Shown here one piece after another: positions 37,611 through 51,112 of a stretch of 64,000 bases of DNA. The notes below the pieces were generated by a model that worked only from the letters and a program-made list of their open reading frames with translations, was not told the origin of the DNA and searched no databases. Source of the stretch: Callorhinchus milii (Eukaryota); the NCBI RefSeq assembly GCF_018977255.1, contig NW_024704743.1:38256001-38320000 (forward strand), written 5' to 3'. The translations under genes and the position numbers were made by a program. Each line of letters begins with the position of its first letter. Positions within the stretch are counted from its first letter, which is position 1.

Positions 37611-40094
37611 TCCAGGTGTATTGGTTATAGACCTCTTTCTCCCCTGAAAACCTCCTCTATGGCCACACTGAATAGCTAACCACAACACATATTGGACTCA
37701 TGGATTGCAGCACTGATATCAGTTTATAGAATTCCAACTTCATGCTAATTTATTGATTTAGTTAAGCCTGTATGCAGGAAACTAGCAACCTCCACTAGTA
37801 ATGCTTAAATTAAAAGTGACCAGCTTCTTAGTCATTGAGAAAGGTGTCCGGGGAAATGGTGGAATATTCTTATTCCAGCCATCCGGAAACTAGTTAATGA
37901 GTTAATTATCATAAAGTCTTTCAATTCAGTGCGTGTTAAATTAGCACCATAGGTGTTAAATATATCACAACATCACAGTTTTCACTCTTGTGGTATTCAA
38001 AAGTAGGTAGATGTTATCCTATGCCAGTGGACTCCTATCCTACTTTGCTGTAATGCACAACAGATAGGGCATTGAGGAGTTGCATTGATGGAAGCCCATG
38101 GTGGATTTACTTTCTACTCTCTAAATGTGGACATGTCATGATTACCAAAAATAATTCAGAAGAATTAAATGCACTTGTGATTTTGTCTTTAGGTCACCAG
38201 AGCTGGGAAATAAATCACCCCTAGCTGGTGGATCAGATGAATTTTCCAGCTTTGTTGGTTTAACTATAGCAACTACCACGTTGGTGTCCCTGGAGTGTAT
38301 TAAAATGTCAGCTGGAACCAAAATTGGTCCCATGGCCCCAATGTGACCATTTCAGCATCCTGCGGAAGACAACTCAGATGCTGCCTCAGGCATTTGCAGT
38401 CACATTTCCTCATACTGTGTACTGTTGCGGTTAATACTTGCAGCTGTTGTAAAAACAAAGTCTTCAGATTATTGGGAATGTAGTACAAGCAAGTCTTTTC
38501 CCGTCTCTCCTGGAGAAGAATATTAAATCTCCATTGTGTCTGAATAGCATTAACAATTCTACTGAAACTTGTAAGTAATTGGAGTAATAGAAGCACAGAA
38601 GGATCTCTTCTTATGCACAGCATGTGAAAATGATGTCTGTTTCAAGATTACGACATACATCTGGTTCCAATCAGTGGTCAAGCAGTTATGACTACAGAGT
38701 ATAATTGCATCTTAAGACTGTAAAACATCTAAAAGATGTATGATTGAAACATAACCTTGATGCATTGTATTTAAGCTGCAAGCTATAATATTGCCAAAAT
38801 GGTTACTTGAAATATATTACCCATATAAATTATACATTTTTAAAAACAGCTCACTATCTGTCATCGAGCCAGTTGAAATTACTGTTTAGTAGTGATGTGC
38901 TACACTTTAAACAGTTAATTTGCTTCAATCACAGTAAATGTGATGTGACTAACAACACTGTAAATTGATTCCAACTCTTTCCCACCCCCCCGAGCAAGAC
39001 TTAGTTCACAGAAATTTATTACACCAGAAGGAATGCCGTGAATCATTGATTAGCTTGAACATTTGTCTAATCTTTTTTAGTCGTGCTGCATTTCTTCATT
39101 TTTAAACACAGCTAAAATCTTGGCAGAGGGCAAGAAGAAAAGACTGTACATAATTAGTCTCCCACCCCCCCAAACGCCAAATACTCTGACACCAATGATG
39201 ACCACAGACAGATATGCTTTAAGAAGGGCCCCTTTTAGATGCACATGTACTTTGCTGTCGTTACTGAGTATGTGGAGGTCATCTTAGAAGAGCCCTGAAG
39301 AGGTAATTCTTTTCATGGCAAAATGTTATCAAAGATACTGTATAAAAAATACTTAACATTCATTGTGCTGAAAAGTTACATGGTTCTTTAAGGTTTGTCA
39401 TTATCACTAGGGTTGACAAATTCACCTAAAAGAGTCACTTGCACAGCCGACAGTTCCGGTCCCTTGGTTTTTTTTGCAATTGTTAGTCGGCTAGATAGGG
39501 AGCATTCTCTGTCCTCTTTGTCATATACTGTTAGATAGCCCGCCTACTGACCTATTAACTTGGCAGCCAAGTCACTGTTTTTTTCTACCTAAGCTACTCA
39601 ATGGAGTAATTGCATCGAGTACATTGTCACATTATCTTTCTGTCCAACCCAGGCTTTTATGGTTTTATAGTAGACCATATCTTCCTGCAGTCAAAACTTG
39701 TTTATTTTGTTTGATTTTTTTTTTGCACCTTGCTTATAATGCAGCCACTGAGACGTTGGACCTTCTGACCATGTTATAATAAGAGTTTCCCTGTAGGTGG
39801 ATATAATTTGGTTCGCCTTGGAAAACATTGGAACAGGATTGTTGCACATGTCTTACAGAGCATATTACATACATTTATACAGCTTAATGTCTGGTTGTAA
39901 AAGACAATGTAGAATATACGGATTTGGATTCTGTGTAACTGCAATAGAATGAGACGTAAACTCATTGTTTACCGTTCTTCAAACACAACAGTAACATTTT
40001 TGAATAGTAATGTCTAAATAGAATATTACTATTCATAACTGTTTATTTTGTTTACTTTGTTCCAGTAATATCCCATAATATTTAGTCAAATTCA

Positions 40095-40300
40095 TCAAAC
40101 ACATATTGAAGAGGTTAATGAGAAGGTGGAATTGGTGGTTGCAGCAGATAAAAACATTTAAGAGGAAGCTAGATTTACATAAACGAGGGAGAAGGAATAG
40201 AAGGTCATGGAAGGAGTAAGAAGTGGGTGGAAGCTCATGTGAAGCATAAACACTGGCACAGATTAGTTGGGCTGAGTGGCCTGCTTCCATGCTGTACAAT
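40095..40300 (+). mobile_element. CR1-type 3' tail
   Basis: acatttaagaggaagctagat...gaagcataaacactggcacagattagttgggctgagtggcctg. Confidence 0.65.
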
Positions 40301-41384
40301 GAAAGATATTTCCAAAAGTCTATGTAAATCTTTGTAAACATAGAAAATGAGACCCCATCACAACCAGCATGTACAACAGCAAGCATAGTATTTACTGATG
40401 CCAGCAGTGTTTGTTCTTAACTCGCGTTCCTAAATGAGATTCTGTGGAGCAAATCCCACACTAAAGCAATGGCATTTACACCTGCTGAGGCCGCCTCTAT
40501 GCTATTAAAATATTCCACCTCCACATCCTGTTGTTTCTCAAATCAATCCATCTGTCACTGAAGATTATAAGGAAGAGTCTGAACTTTAGCGTACTTTTTT
40601 TGTTCGACCAAGAAAGAAACTAATTGCCATCTTTCCCACCTTTGCCCTCTGTTTAGCTGACGTTGATCTCTGTTTCTTGTCCCACCCCAACGTTTTTGAA
40701 CATCAAGTAAACTTGTTTTAGTTCCAAAACTTTATGCAGAAAAAATAGGGCGATAGAGCTTTGGTATTGCATTGGTAGTCTGTGTTGATGACTGCTCTAA
40801 CTATCTGATAACTTGTCATTTCAACAGCAGCTGATTAAATATTGATTTGATTTTTTAATTAGCTGCTCTGCCCTGCATCTCATCCGCAGCATTTGGTAAA
40901 TATTGTAAACGATGTTGCTCCTGCTGATAGTTTCTAGCAGACAGTAGGGTCAGGAACATTTTATCTCTGTGTCCTTTTCTCCTGACTCAATATGTATATT
41001 ACTGAGGTAATGTTTATCGAAACATAGGTTAGAAATCAAGCTGCTGGTCCTTATCCAAGATGTGGTGCATTAGTTTATTCCACTGAGAATACTGGTTTGG
41101 TTCAGATTGCACTGTAAATTACTGCTGCTTCAAAATGTTTCAGGATATAATCTATGCCTACATACTTCGAGGTATACAACATTTTAGGACTTAGCATGCG
41201 TTTTCTGACCAAATCTTTGTGGAATTTTATCTATAAAGTATATTTACTGAAGTGATTTATTGTACAGCTGCATCCTTTTTAGATGCTTTGTGACATTTCA
41301 TATTTGTCAAATTTTAATGAGCTTTTAGATAACAAGTTGCTCTGGGGTTTGGAAGTACTTTCTGCCTTGGAAGGTGCTCAAGTG

Positions 41385-41746
41385 GAGTCCCTTAGAGTAG
41401 TAGTTAGCACGCTCGACTCGCAAGCAAGAGGACTTGGGTTTGATTACTGGGCAGGGAGAAACCTTAGGCAAGTTTCCTTACTCCACATGCCTGTTTACCT
41501 AGCAGTAAGTAGGAACCTGGTTGTTAGTCGATTGGGGATCACTTTCTGGGGGTGAATTTGATAGTCTCCTCAAACAAATGCAGTCACTCACTGCAGATTG
41601 TTTGTGGGACATTGGTGTGTGCAACTGGCCGCTGCATTTCGCCCACAAAATACAGTCAATCCACTTTACAATATATTCTGCGAAGCGCTTTGAGACGTCT
41701 TAGCGGCGTGATAAGGCATATATCAAATGCAAGGATTATTATTATT
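41385..41746 (+). mobile_element. Young SINE, full length, ending about 45 nt upstream of the SH3-exon acceptor
   Basis: gagtcccttagagtagtagttagcacgctcgactcgcaag head to (ATT)n tail. Confidence 0.88.
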
Positions 41747-41792
41747 AAGTGTCAGGCTGTTGGATCACCTATTTGTTTCTTGTTCCCCACAG

Positions 41793-42036
41793 CTATCTGG
41801 TGGTTGTGAATTAACAGTAGTCATCCACGACTTCCCAGCCTCCAACAGCAATGAGCTGAGCATTCGTCGGGGTCAGACCGTGGAAGTTCTAGAGAGGCCC
41901 CACGACAAGCCAGACTGGTGCCTTGTGCGAACAACTGATCGTTCCCCTGCTGCAGAGGGACTGGTTCCCAGCAGCGTTCTATGTATTGCACATTCACGAA
42001 GCAGTATGGAAATGGAGGGAATCTTCAACCACAAAG
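41793..42036 (+). CDS. TRIO: TRIO exon, first SH3 domain (244 nt, 0-1)
   Basis: ccacag|CTATCT...ACAAAG|gtagga; LSGGCELTVVIHDFPASNSNELSIRRGQTVEVLERPHDKPDWCLVRTTDRSPAAEGLVPSSVLCIAHSRSSMEMEGIFNHK. Confidence 0.96.
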
Positions 42037-42589
42037 GTAGGATTCATTAATTAAGGTTTTTGCATATGCTCTTTGTTTTCTTCTGTACTGCGGTTGTATA
42101 AGAAGTTAACTAGGAATCCATTTTACCCAAATGAGGTATTCTTCAGTCAACCAGACATTTGAGTGGTTTTACATAGGTTAAAACATAAGGACCTAGTGCT
42201 GTTTTCACCTGACCTCCAGATTAGGAACATAGAGTCCAAATCCCAGCTTCAATAGGATTTCACACATTCCATGAGGAATTTGTTATGTCCAGCTCTGACA
42301 AGGACTAGTTGGGCCGAGTGGCATGTTTCCATGCTGCACATTCTTTGTAAATCTAATGTGTGGGAAGAAGAGAAATGATTGGGAGCCCCCTTTCCAAATC
42401 CTTGCCTGCTTAGAAGTTCATTTAAAAAAAAGTGATATGGTTGAGATTCATTCAAATCTTAGAATACTGATAGAAATAGAACAGCTTAAATATCATTTTT
42501 TTTAAAAAGAAAAAAGCCCCATTTATTCCAAATCATCATCCCTTTTGCTGTTGAGTCATCAAACCAAATTGTGTTTACCTTGCAACTCA

Positions 42590-42800
42590 GTGACATGATT
42601 CAAAAGAGGAGTGAGGAGTTTCTCTGGGTTGTCCTGTTTAATATCGCGATCTCAATCTTAAGTGTCTGTTTGTCTCATTGTTTGTGGGACATTGCTACCA
42701 CAGATAAGTTGCCACATTTGCTTACATAACAATATTCACTTCATTTCAAATTATTCTTCATTGTTTTGAGGTATTCATCATCTCAAGGCACTTTATAAAT
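42590..42800 (+). mobile_element. Degraded DeuSINE 3' fragment
   Basis: gaggagtttctctgggttgtcctg...tttgtgggacattgct. Confidence 0.55.
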
Positions 42801-44687
42801 TGTTCACTTTGCAAATTGTTAAATAGTTTTTTTTAAAAGTAGGGATTCTGGTATGTCAATTTCTCGTTATATGTTGAATGTATTAAATCAAATGTTTTTT
42901 TTTGCTGGACAAAGGTGGCTGAGGTGCCGTACACCAGTAGTTATATCTGAATTGGGAATATTCAAAGTTAATGAGATAGAAGCATTGAATTCAACAGACT
43001 GAGTCAAATAATCGTAAATCAACTTTTTTAAATGTATATGGCTTTTCAAAAAAAGTCTTTGTTGCTGAATTCTGAATTTATCAGCACTTCTATGTTATTT
43101 TCCTATTCCAAGGTGATGTTTCTTCTGTTCAAAGCAATAATTTTCAGCAAGATTTGAAAGCATGTACTTTTGTACTGGGTCCTAGTTTAAAGTTAGTTTT
43201 GCGTTGAAATTGTTTGTTTCAGTTGCTCTGTCTGGGATTGTGGAGTTCACGTGAGATGTTGCAGGCATGATTAGTGATAATTTCCAAATTTCTGGCAAAT
43301 TATCACAATGGAATATTTTAAATGTAATGCACTGATCTCAATAATAACAGAATACAGCTGTTGTGCTGACTACAGACATGAGATGTTTAACCACGGTTCA
43401 GGTATTGTAAGGATCGTAATGATGAATTTGTATGCATGCAATACCTCAGTTCTCAACATGAAAAGGCGAGCTAGCCTCTGTTGGCTGCAACCCAGTGAAT
43501 AACACATGTGGTCAATTCATTCTTTGCAATTCTGCTGAATGCAAAACTATATAGATTATGGAATATATGTACCACGCTAATGGAAAGAAGTGCTTTATCT
43601 CTTACTGTTGGGAGCTTCAATCAACATTAGATTGGTTACTTCAGCATTACAAGCCCAAACACAAATGCAGGCTACAAAAGTTCTGATCCTTATTCTAGGT
43701 GTTCAAAAACAATTTTGACCATGATTTGTGTGTTGCAGTGCAATGTGCATACGTTTAATAAATGTGGGATTTGGGAATTACCTCACCCCCTCTTGGTTTC
43801 CTGTGCTGTTATGAATGTTGACCTATTCATTTGGTTTGAATGAAGGTTCAAACTGATCTCTTGAGTAACTGCCGGGGGAATGAAACCTCTAAAACTTGCT
43901 TTCCCACAGTTCATCTCCCCCTCCCCATAAACTCAGCATATGTTAAACTGACAAGCTCTTGACTGAACATTCCAAATAAAACACTATATTCCTTTAAGAG
44001 AAAGACCAAACGAGAAAGAATTCAAGTATCAAAGCACTGATATTTTCACCCATTCCACTACTAAAGAAAATGAACACTCACTCCTCATGAAAATTCCCGC
44101 ACATCTTCCTCCCAACCCTACTTCCCAACCACTATGTTGTACAACAAGGGAGCCGAAACAACCAGATACATAGATCACTTTCCTAATTATAATATTATAA
44201 GATCAAAACTACATTCCAGGAGAATATAGGCATATAAATTGCAATTCTTTTATGGGTCAATAAATGTACAACAAAGCCTCCTGATGTTTTTTTCTCTGAA
44301 TAGGATGCCTTTAGAAAATCAGCATGCATGTCTGTCCCACTTCAAACAAAACCACACTCCTTAGAATTTTAAAAATGACGCCAGCTCCATCATTTTGAAT
44401 TTGAAAAAAAATTGGGGGAAAAGAACAAAACTCCCCTTAACTAGGGGACGCACATAAGCTACTAAGCTAAGCTACCCTGAAGCAGCTTCTAACAGGTGAG
44501 CTAGTGCAGTGTGCACTGGAGAGTGGAACGCTTATCCCTGGACTGTTGAATATACCAAGACGTAGTTTACAATTATTCTGAGATGTTTATGTGCTTATAG
44601 GGTAACTCAACTATAGTAGATTGAGAACTGATCAACTGCATGATTTGGGACTGAGCCCATTGTGGATAAGGAAACAGTGTGCATGAT

Positions 44688-44797
44688 TTTGCCCACAAAA
44701 TATACAGTTAATTCACTTTACAGTATATTCTGTGAAACATTTTGAGACAATTCGAAGACGTGATAAGGCGCTATATTAAATGCAAAGATTATTATTA
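44688..44797 (+). mobile_element. Young SINE, 3' fragment
   Basis: gcccacaaaatatacag...gataaggcgctatattaaatgcaaagattatta. Confidence 0.8.
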
Positions 44798-44809
44798 TGA
44801 TTGATCATC

Positions 44810-45240
44810 ACAGAAAATGGAAGTTGGCTATTCAAATGAGGTTATTCAACATATCGTTTTCTATGCTGGCACCAGCTGCCTTGTTGGGAGTTATCTTAAA
44901 AAATATAATTCCCTTTGTCTTTCCCCGTACTCTTAAATATTATCTCTCAAGTATTTATCCAATTTCCCTTTAAATGCTCCAGCAAAAGTGGCCCCAACGT
45001 TTAAAGGCTCTCTACATAATTCTAGGCTCTCGTTCCTGGTGTCATTATAGCAATTCACCAGTTTGATGTTCCTTTTCCCCACAGCGGTGCCCAAAATTGT
45101 TCGACATACTGGGGCCTAACCATTAATGTCTCGTGCAATTTTAACATGACCTGCTTGCTCAAGTATTCAATGCCCCTATATATAAAACATAGAATTCCAT
45201 TTGCTTTTGTTTGCTCTCTCTACTTGCATTCCTGCCTTTT
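44810..45240 (-). mobile_element. Degraded CR1 fragment
   Basis: tatttatccaatttcccttta, ggtgcccaaaattg, ttctatgctggc reverse CR1 motifs. Confidence 0.55.
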
Positions 45241-45254
45241 TGGAGAATTCTGAA

Positions 45255-45602
45255 GATGGGGAAGAAAGGGGTCAAGGCAGATGGATAGAGGAAGAGTGTT
45301 TTGGGTGAAAGAGCGGCCACCAATAGTGGAACAGAGGGCACGAGGGACATGTAGAATGCTGGAGCCAGTCGAGCGGAGGCAGCAGGTTGTGGGTTGAGGG
45401 ATAAACAGGTAGGAGAACTAGGGAGGTGCCAGGGCATAAAGGGACTTGAAAACGAATGTGAGGATCTTGAACTCGATCCATTTGACAATAGGGAGCCGGA
45501 GGAGCCTGGCTAGAACGGGTGTGATGGGGGTACGGAGTTTAGTGCCGGTGAGTATGCGGGTGGCGGAGTTTTCAATCAGCTGGATCCTGTGTATGGTGGA
45601 GT
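45255..45602 (-). mobile_element. L2 internal fragment
   Basis: Reverse-strand L2 ORF2 end (aggatcttgaactcgatcc, gggtgtgatggggg). Confidence 0.75.
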
Positions 45603-48600
45603 GTTTCAGCTCCTATGGTCGAATACCCTCAAACTTCCAGAATGGCCACTTGTGTGAGATATATAGGGTGAGTCCGCATTCTGGGAGGAAAGGAATGAGA
45701 AAATTGAGCGGAAGAAAAAAATGAAATGGCCATTGAAGATTTGTTCTGCACAGACCACTGGCTGTAAGTTTAAAATCAGCCACATTCATCCAGAGGGATG
45801 TATTAAATTCCAATCTAACAAGTTTTCAGGGGAATTGATTGAACAACAACAACAAAAGTTAGATTTGTATAGCGCCTTTCACGTCGGGAAGAGTTCCCAA
45901 GAGTTGGTTCCACAGTGTTTAAGTGAAGGTAATGCAAATCCTAGATTTCTGTAAGTGAAAGAAAGCTGTTTTGTCAGTGTTTCAAATGAAGCAGGTGACC
46001 TTTCCAAATCCCAAGCATTCTGTTGTTTATCAAACCTCATGCATTGTATCATGAGCTTTGCTTTGGTTCCTGATGAGACCAAACAAGAAGCATCTTCGAA
46101 CAAAACCATTGATATATTTCTTTGAAATGTTGCAACTAGTTGAAAAGTTATTAGCCATAATCTTATTACAATATTAAAGTACACTGACTTGCATCTAGAT
46201 TATTAGATGTACCGTGTGGCATGTTGAAGCCCCAGTGCGCGTAGCACCATGCAGAGTTACAAAGGCAGGTTTAAGCCTGTGAAGCTTCACGCACTGAGTT
46301 TGTAGTCTTTGTAATTCCAACAAGGTGGCAATGAGAGAGGGAGCATGGTTTCAGAGGGCAAAACAAACAAACAAATTATATTTATATAGCGCCTTTCACA
46401 TCGGAGGGACGTCCCAAGGCAATGATGAAAGTTTGGAAGCAAGTTGTTTCCCATCTGGGATGTGAATGTTGCACTGAGCAGAGAAGGGGAAAAGGAGAAA
46501 ATATTTTAGAGAGAAGGAATCTCATCTTCAACGAGAACAGCACTTGTAAATAACACCTGTATATGCCCAGGATTATTAGCAGGAGATCACAGGGGCACTT
46601 TAAATTGTAACGTTAGCTTTAAAAGCCATTCTCAGTCCAGGAACAGTTCTCATGTCTTCCACAATTCTCCACATAATGAGCTCCCTAACTAACTAGGGAA
46701 AATAAATCATTTGACAAGGTCTCCCCGCACAGTGAAGGGGAAATATTGATTCTTAGGCAACCTGAATATACTCTACAACACAGCCTCGATAGCTAATGGA
46801 CATGGATATATCCTCTCAGCCAAAGACTGGTGTGTGTGAATAGGGCTCAGAAGAAAAGTCTACAGGAGGGAAGCAAGCAGACAAAAATGAGAAAACTATT
46901 GTATGGCATAGGGTAAAAATATTACGAAATTAGTTGTGTCAGAGGTTTTGAAACTTCTAACACCCATCTTACCAGCTACTGTGTTGTACTTTAGACATTC
47001 AAACATTGTATTTATTTTCAAGTCGAAAACATGGTCAGCTCATGGCTGGATGATCCTGTGCAATAAATCAGTTTACACAATGTTACACTGTTGTCTTAAC
47101 TGTCCACGTGCAGCACTGCAGAAGAAAAGCAGGTATTTCCATTTTAGAGGTTATTGAGATTGTTATGGGGAAGAATGTCTTGGGAGAGTGCTTTCTGTTT
47201 AACTCCCTTCCCATAGCTATTGAAGAGAAAAGATAACCATTAATATATAATTCTATGTGTTGTGAAGAATATTTACATATAGTTCACCATCAGAACGGTC
47301 ACCTCAGCTGCTGTCTGTTTCAGTGATAAGCTAGAGGGTGAAGTTGGGGGCCATTCAAAGCAGCTCCATTGATTGTAGCTTCTTTCACCTTAAGCAAAAC
47401 CAAGAAATTACAAGTCCGAATTTCCAAACTTTCTCAAAAGTCCATTCCAGTCATTGTTACCTCTGACCTCAGGGCGTTTTTCACTTGTTCTCAGTCCTTG
47501 CTTTATTGTTATCTATATTGTACAACAAGAACTCCCAACAATTTGCTATTATACGGTGCCTTTCACATTGAATGGACATCTCAGAGCATTTCACAGGGGC
47601 AATAGGGAGCACTGAGCAAGATGGAAGGGAAGGCAGATTTAAGGGATGGTCAGTAGATAGGTTGCTGGAAACAAGTGCTTTGTTCTGTTTTCACTATGGT
47701 GTTTGTTGTATATTGAAGTATTCATTCTGTTGTCTGTATTGCTTTTATTTTTCCGCTCTCTTTGCCTTCAGAACCCTCTTAAAAACAACTCTTTGACTAT
47801 GCCTTTGATCAACATCCCTAATTCTTGCTCCTGTCTCCCTCCTACGTATTCACGATATTGGTTAAACACTTCAAGATTCAACACTTCATTCTGGGTGAAA
47901 GGCATTATATAATTGCAAGTTGTTAGGGTTGGCTGACAGACCCATTAAAGATACTTGTGCTTTGCTATAAATGGATTCTGAAACATGTATAGTAAGGTCT
48001 GCTCTCTGAAAACTCACTTGATTGTGAGTAATTACAGTCCAGTAGCACCGAAGATATTGAGATTCTTGCCAATAACCACTGAATTAATAATTTTCCAATC
48101 AGATCTGGTTTTAACAGATGGCTACTTTTATTTACGTTCAGGCACTGTTTTCTATACAGCACATTCATGTGAATTTCGTAAAAGGAAGTGGGTTTGGGTT
48201 TCTGAAATCTTTAATTATTGAATTACAGTACTTACAATGTGACCACACTGTTGTGTTCAGAAGATCTGCCCCCTGCTGTGTGGGTACTTTACCTTCGGCA
48301 AACCAGTAGTTTTTTAGAATTGACCAGGCTTTTTAATCCAGTGCTTGGAATTTGAGATGGGAAGAGACAAACATCCAGAACTTTGTGATAATGTTCAACA
48401 AAGATTGTTTCATTATTGTTTACTTGCTACTGTTTTGCTTGTTCTGTGGCATACAAAACCGTGTTAATACCTATATACGCAATTGATGTATTGATCACAT
48501 TGTCTCGTTGTTGCTACAATTGTTTTCAAATAGTTTGTGTCAGTCATGTATCATGTTTCACAGTTTGGATCCTCTAAATCTGACCTGATCTGCACTCGAT

Positions 48601-49419
48601 ATATAGATGCTGGGGTGAAGGAAGCCCATCTCAGTAGTTGCTTTCACACCATTAGAAATTGGAGTATTTTACCCATCAAGTGCCTTGCTGGCACTATGTT
48701 CCATTCTTGCAATCAATTTGATTTAAAGAAGAGTCATATCTATAGGATATTTGCTCTGAATTACTACCCCCCCTCCCCCACTTTCTGATTATGCTTCTTG
48801 GTATATGTAACATCATTTGCTTGGTCGCAAAGTGGGTTTGGCTGTCTACAAATCCCATTTGGTGGCAATATTCTTTTCATTTTTTTGTGTATCCAGCATT
48901 GAATGTAATAATACAGTTGAAGGCATTCTTGCAGATATTATCTGAATACACCTACTGGCAATGTGGGTCCATGTTTAAATGCATTCAAGCAGTAAAGCAT
49001 GTTCAGGAACAATACCAGCAGCTAAATATTACTTAAAATAACAAAAAGCTACTGATAGTACAAGAGTGGAGTCAGAAAACATTCAGAGTTTTACTGCAAC
49101 AAAATAGACAGCGACGTGACCAAATATGGAGGAACAGTTATATGATGTATTGGAATGTTTGTGCTTTTTTAAACCCCTGTTTATAAGTCTCTTGCTATTT
49201 CTATTTTATACCAGGAAAATAAATAGAAGCAACATAAAATGTACTGGGAATAGAGACCGTTGTAAAGTCAAGACGGATGTGTGACGTTTGAGTACTTTTT
49301 GGAGGTCAATCAGCTGTCTGACACACACACACATTACCATGCTTCGGACTCTCCAGACCAAATTACTTTGAATTCGATGCACAGGACGACCCCAGTTAAA
49401 CATGGGTTCACCTTATAGC

Positions 49420-51112
49420 GGGTGTCTCAAACCTGCCCTTCCTGGCTAAAGCTTTGGAACGCGTTGTGTTGCCAACCAACTTCGCGCACACCTCTCCCTC
49501 CATTCTGTACTCGAACCCCTCCCAGCCCGTTTTCCGCTCTGCTCATGGTACAGAGACAGCACCCGAGAAAGCTATTGATGCCCTCCCTAACTGTGACCAG
49601 GACCCTCGTCCTCCTGGACCTCTCCACCGCGTTCGACACAGTTAATCACGCCATCCTCCTCCACCGCCTTTCCTCCATCATCGACCTCAGTGGGACCGTA
49701 CCCGCTTGGTTCGAGTCCTACCTCACAAGCCGCCAGCACTACATTTCTGCACTTTTCTTCTCGTCCCCGCCCAGTCACCTGCTCCATCCTTGGCCCCCTT
49801 CTCTTCCTCATCTATATGCGCTCTCTCGGTGATGTCATCCACAGACACGGGGTTAACTTCCACATGTATGCAGATGACACTCAACTCTTCTACTCCTCCA
49901 ACTGCGACCCCCAGTCCTCTGATGTTCTGTCAGCTTGTCTGACAGACATCAAGGTCTGGATGAGCGCACATTTCTTGCAGTTAAGCATCAACAATTCAGA
50001 AGCCATACTCTTTGGCTCCTGTTGACGTCTTCTTTACTGTGGTTACGATTCCACTACCCGATCTGTCCTTAAAACTCTCTGAACCCGTGCGCAACTTAGG
50101 TGTCAGGTTTTCCTAAATTCCCAGTGATCCTTCCCCACATTCGGTCCCTGACCAGGAGTGCTTTCCTCCACCTCCGCCACATTGGCCGTCTCCGACAACA
50201 CCTCACCCCACAAGCTGACAAAAGCCTTGTCCACACCATTGTCACCTCTCGGCTGAATTACTCAAACGCCCTCCACTATTCACAAAATTCAACTCATCCA
50301 AAACTCCATCGCCCGCATTTTCACTTGGATTAAACTCCACACCCCGATTACAAACTCCACTGGCTCCCTGTCAACAGAGTAGATTGACTTCAAGATCCTA
50401 ACTCTAGTGTTTAAACCCCTCCACGCCTTGGCACCCCCCTTATCTCTCCAACCTCCTTTCTCCTAACAACACTACCCGTTGCCACCGCTCTACTGGCGCC
50501 GGCCTCCTCCTTGACCCTCGAATCCTCCGCTCCACCATTGGCGGCCGTACCTTCAGCCACTATGCTTCTAAGCTGTGGAACTCCCTCCCTCAATAATAAT
50601 AATAATCTTTGATATAACATCTTCAAGACATCTCAAAGCACTTCACAGAATATACTGTAAAGTGAATTGACTATTTTGTGGGCGAAACACAGCAGCCAAT
50701 TGCGCACAGCAGTGCCCCACAAACAGTCATGTATTGAGTGACTTTTTTTTAAAGGAATTATTAACCCGGAAAAGCGATCTGCCAATCGGCTAATAATCGG
50801 GTTCCTACTTACTGCTAGGTAAAGGGAGATGTGTGGAGTGAGGAAACTTGCCCAACATTTTGCCCTGCTGGGAATCAAACCCAGGTTTCTCACTTGCGAG
50901 GCGAGTGCTCTAACTACTGAGCTACAGGACTCCTCAATCCCTTTGCCTTGCCCCCTCTTTACCCATTTCAGGTTTCGCCTGAAGACCTTACTCTTCGACC
51001 GTGCCTATGGTCACCTTTCTCCTCTCCCTGGCTCGACATCGGGCTCCACCATTGTTAAGCGCTCTGGGACGCTGCCCAGGGTGGAGGGCGATATATAAAT
51101 GCAAGTTATTGT
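49420..51112 (+). mobile_element. L2-clade LINE relic interrupted by a SINE
   Basis: Frameshifted RT motifs [53 protein letters not shown]2 tail. Confidence 0.9.
50595..50932 (-). mobile_element. Young SINE nested in an L2 relic, CTCAAT target-site duplication
   Basis: CTCAAT at 50589-50594 and 50933-50938; L2 sequence resumes after it. Confidence 0.9.

Noticed and set aside
38312..38433. Peptide KLVPWPQCDHFS faintly like the Kalirin-7 tail
   Set aside because: No polypyrimidine tract before the AG, and the similarity is at chance level.
47030..47140. Cys-containing ORF ending at a donor-like CAG|gtattt
   Set aside because: The donor falls in phase 2 of the ATG frame, but this intron needs phase 1; the phase-1 frame has no ATG.
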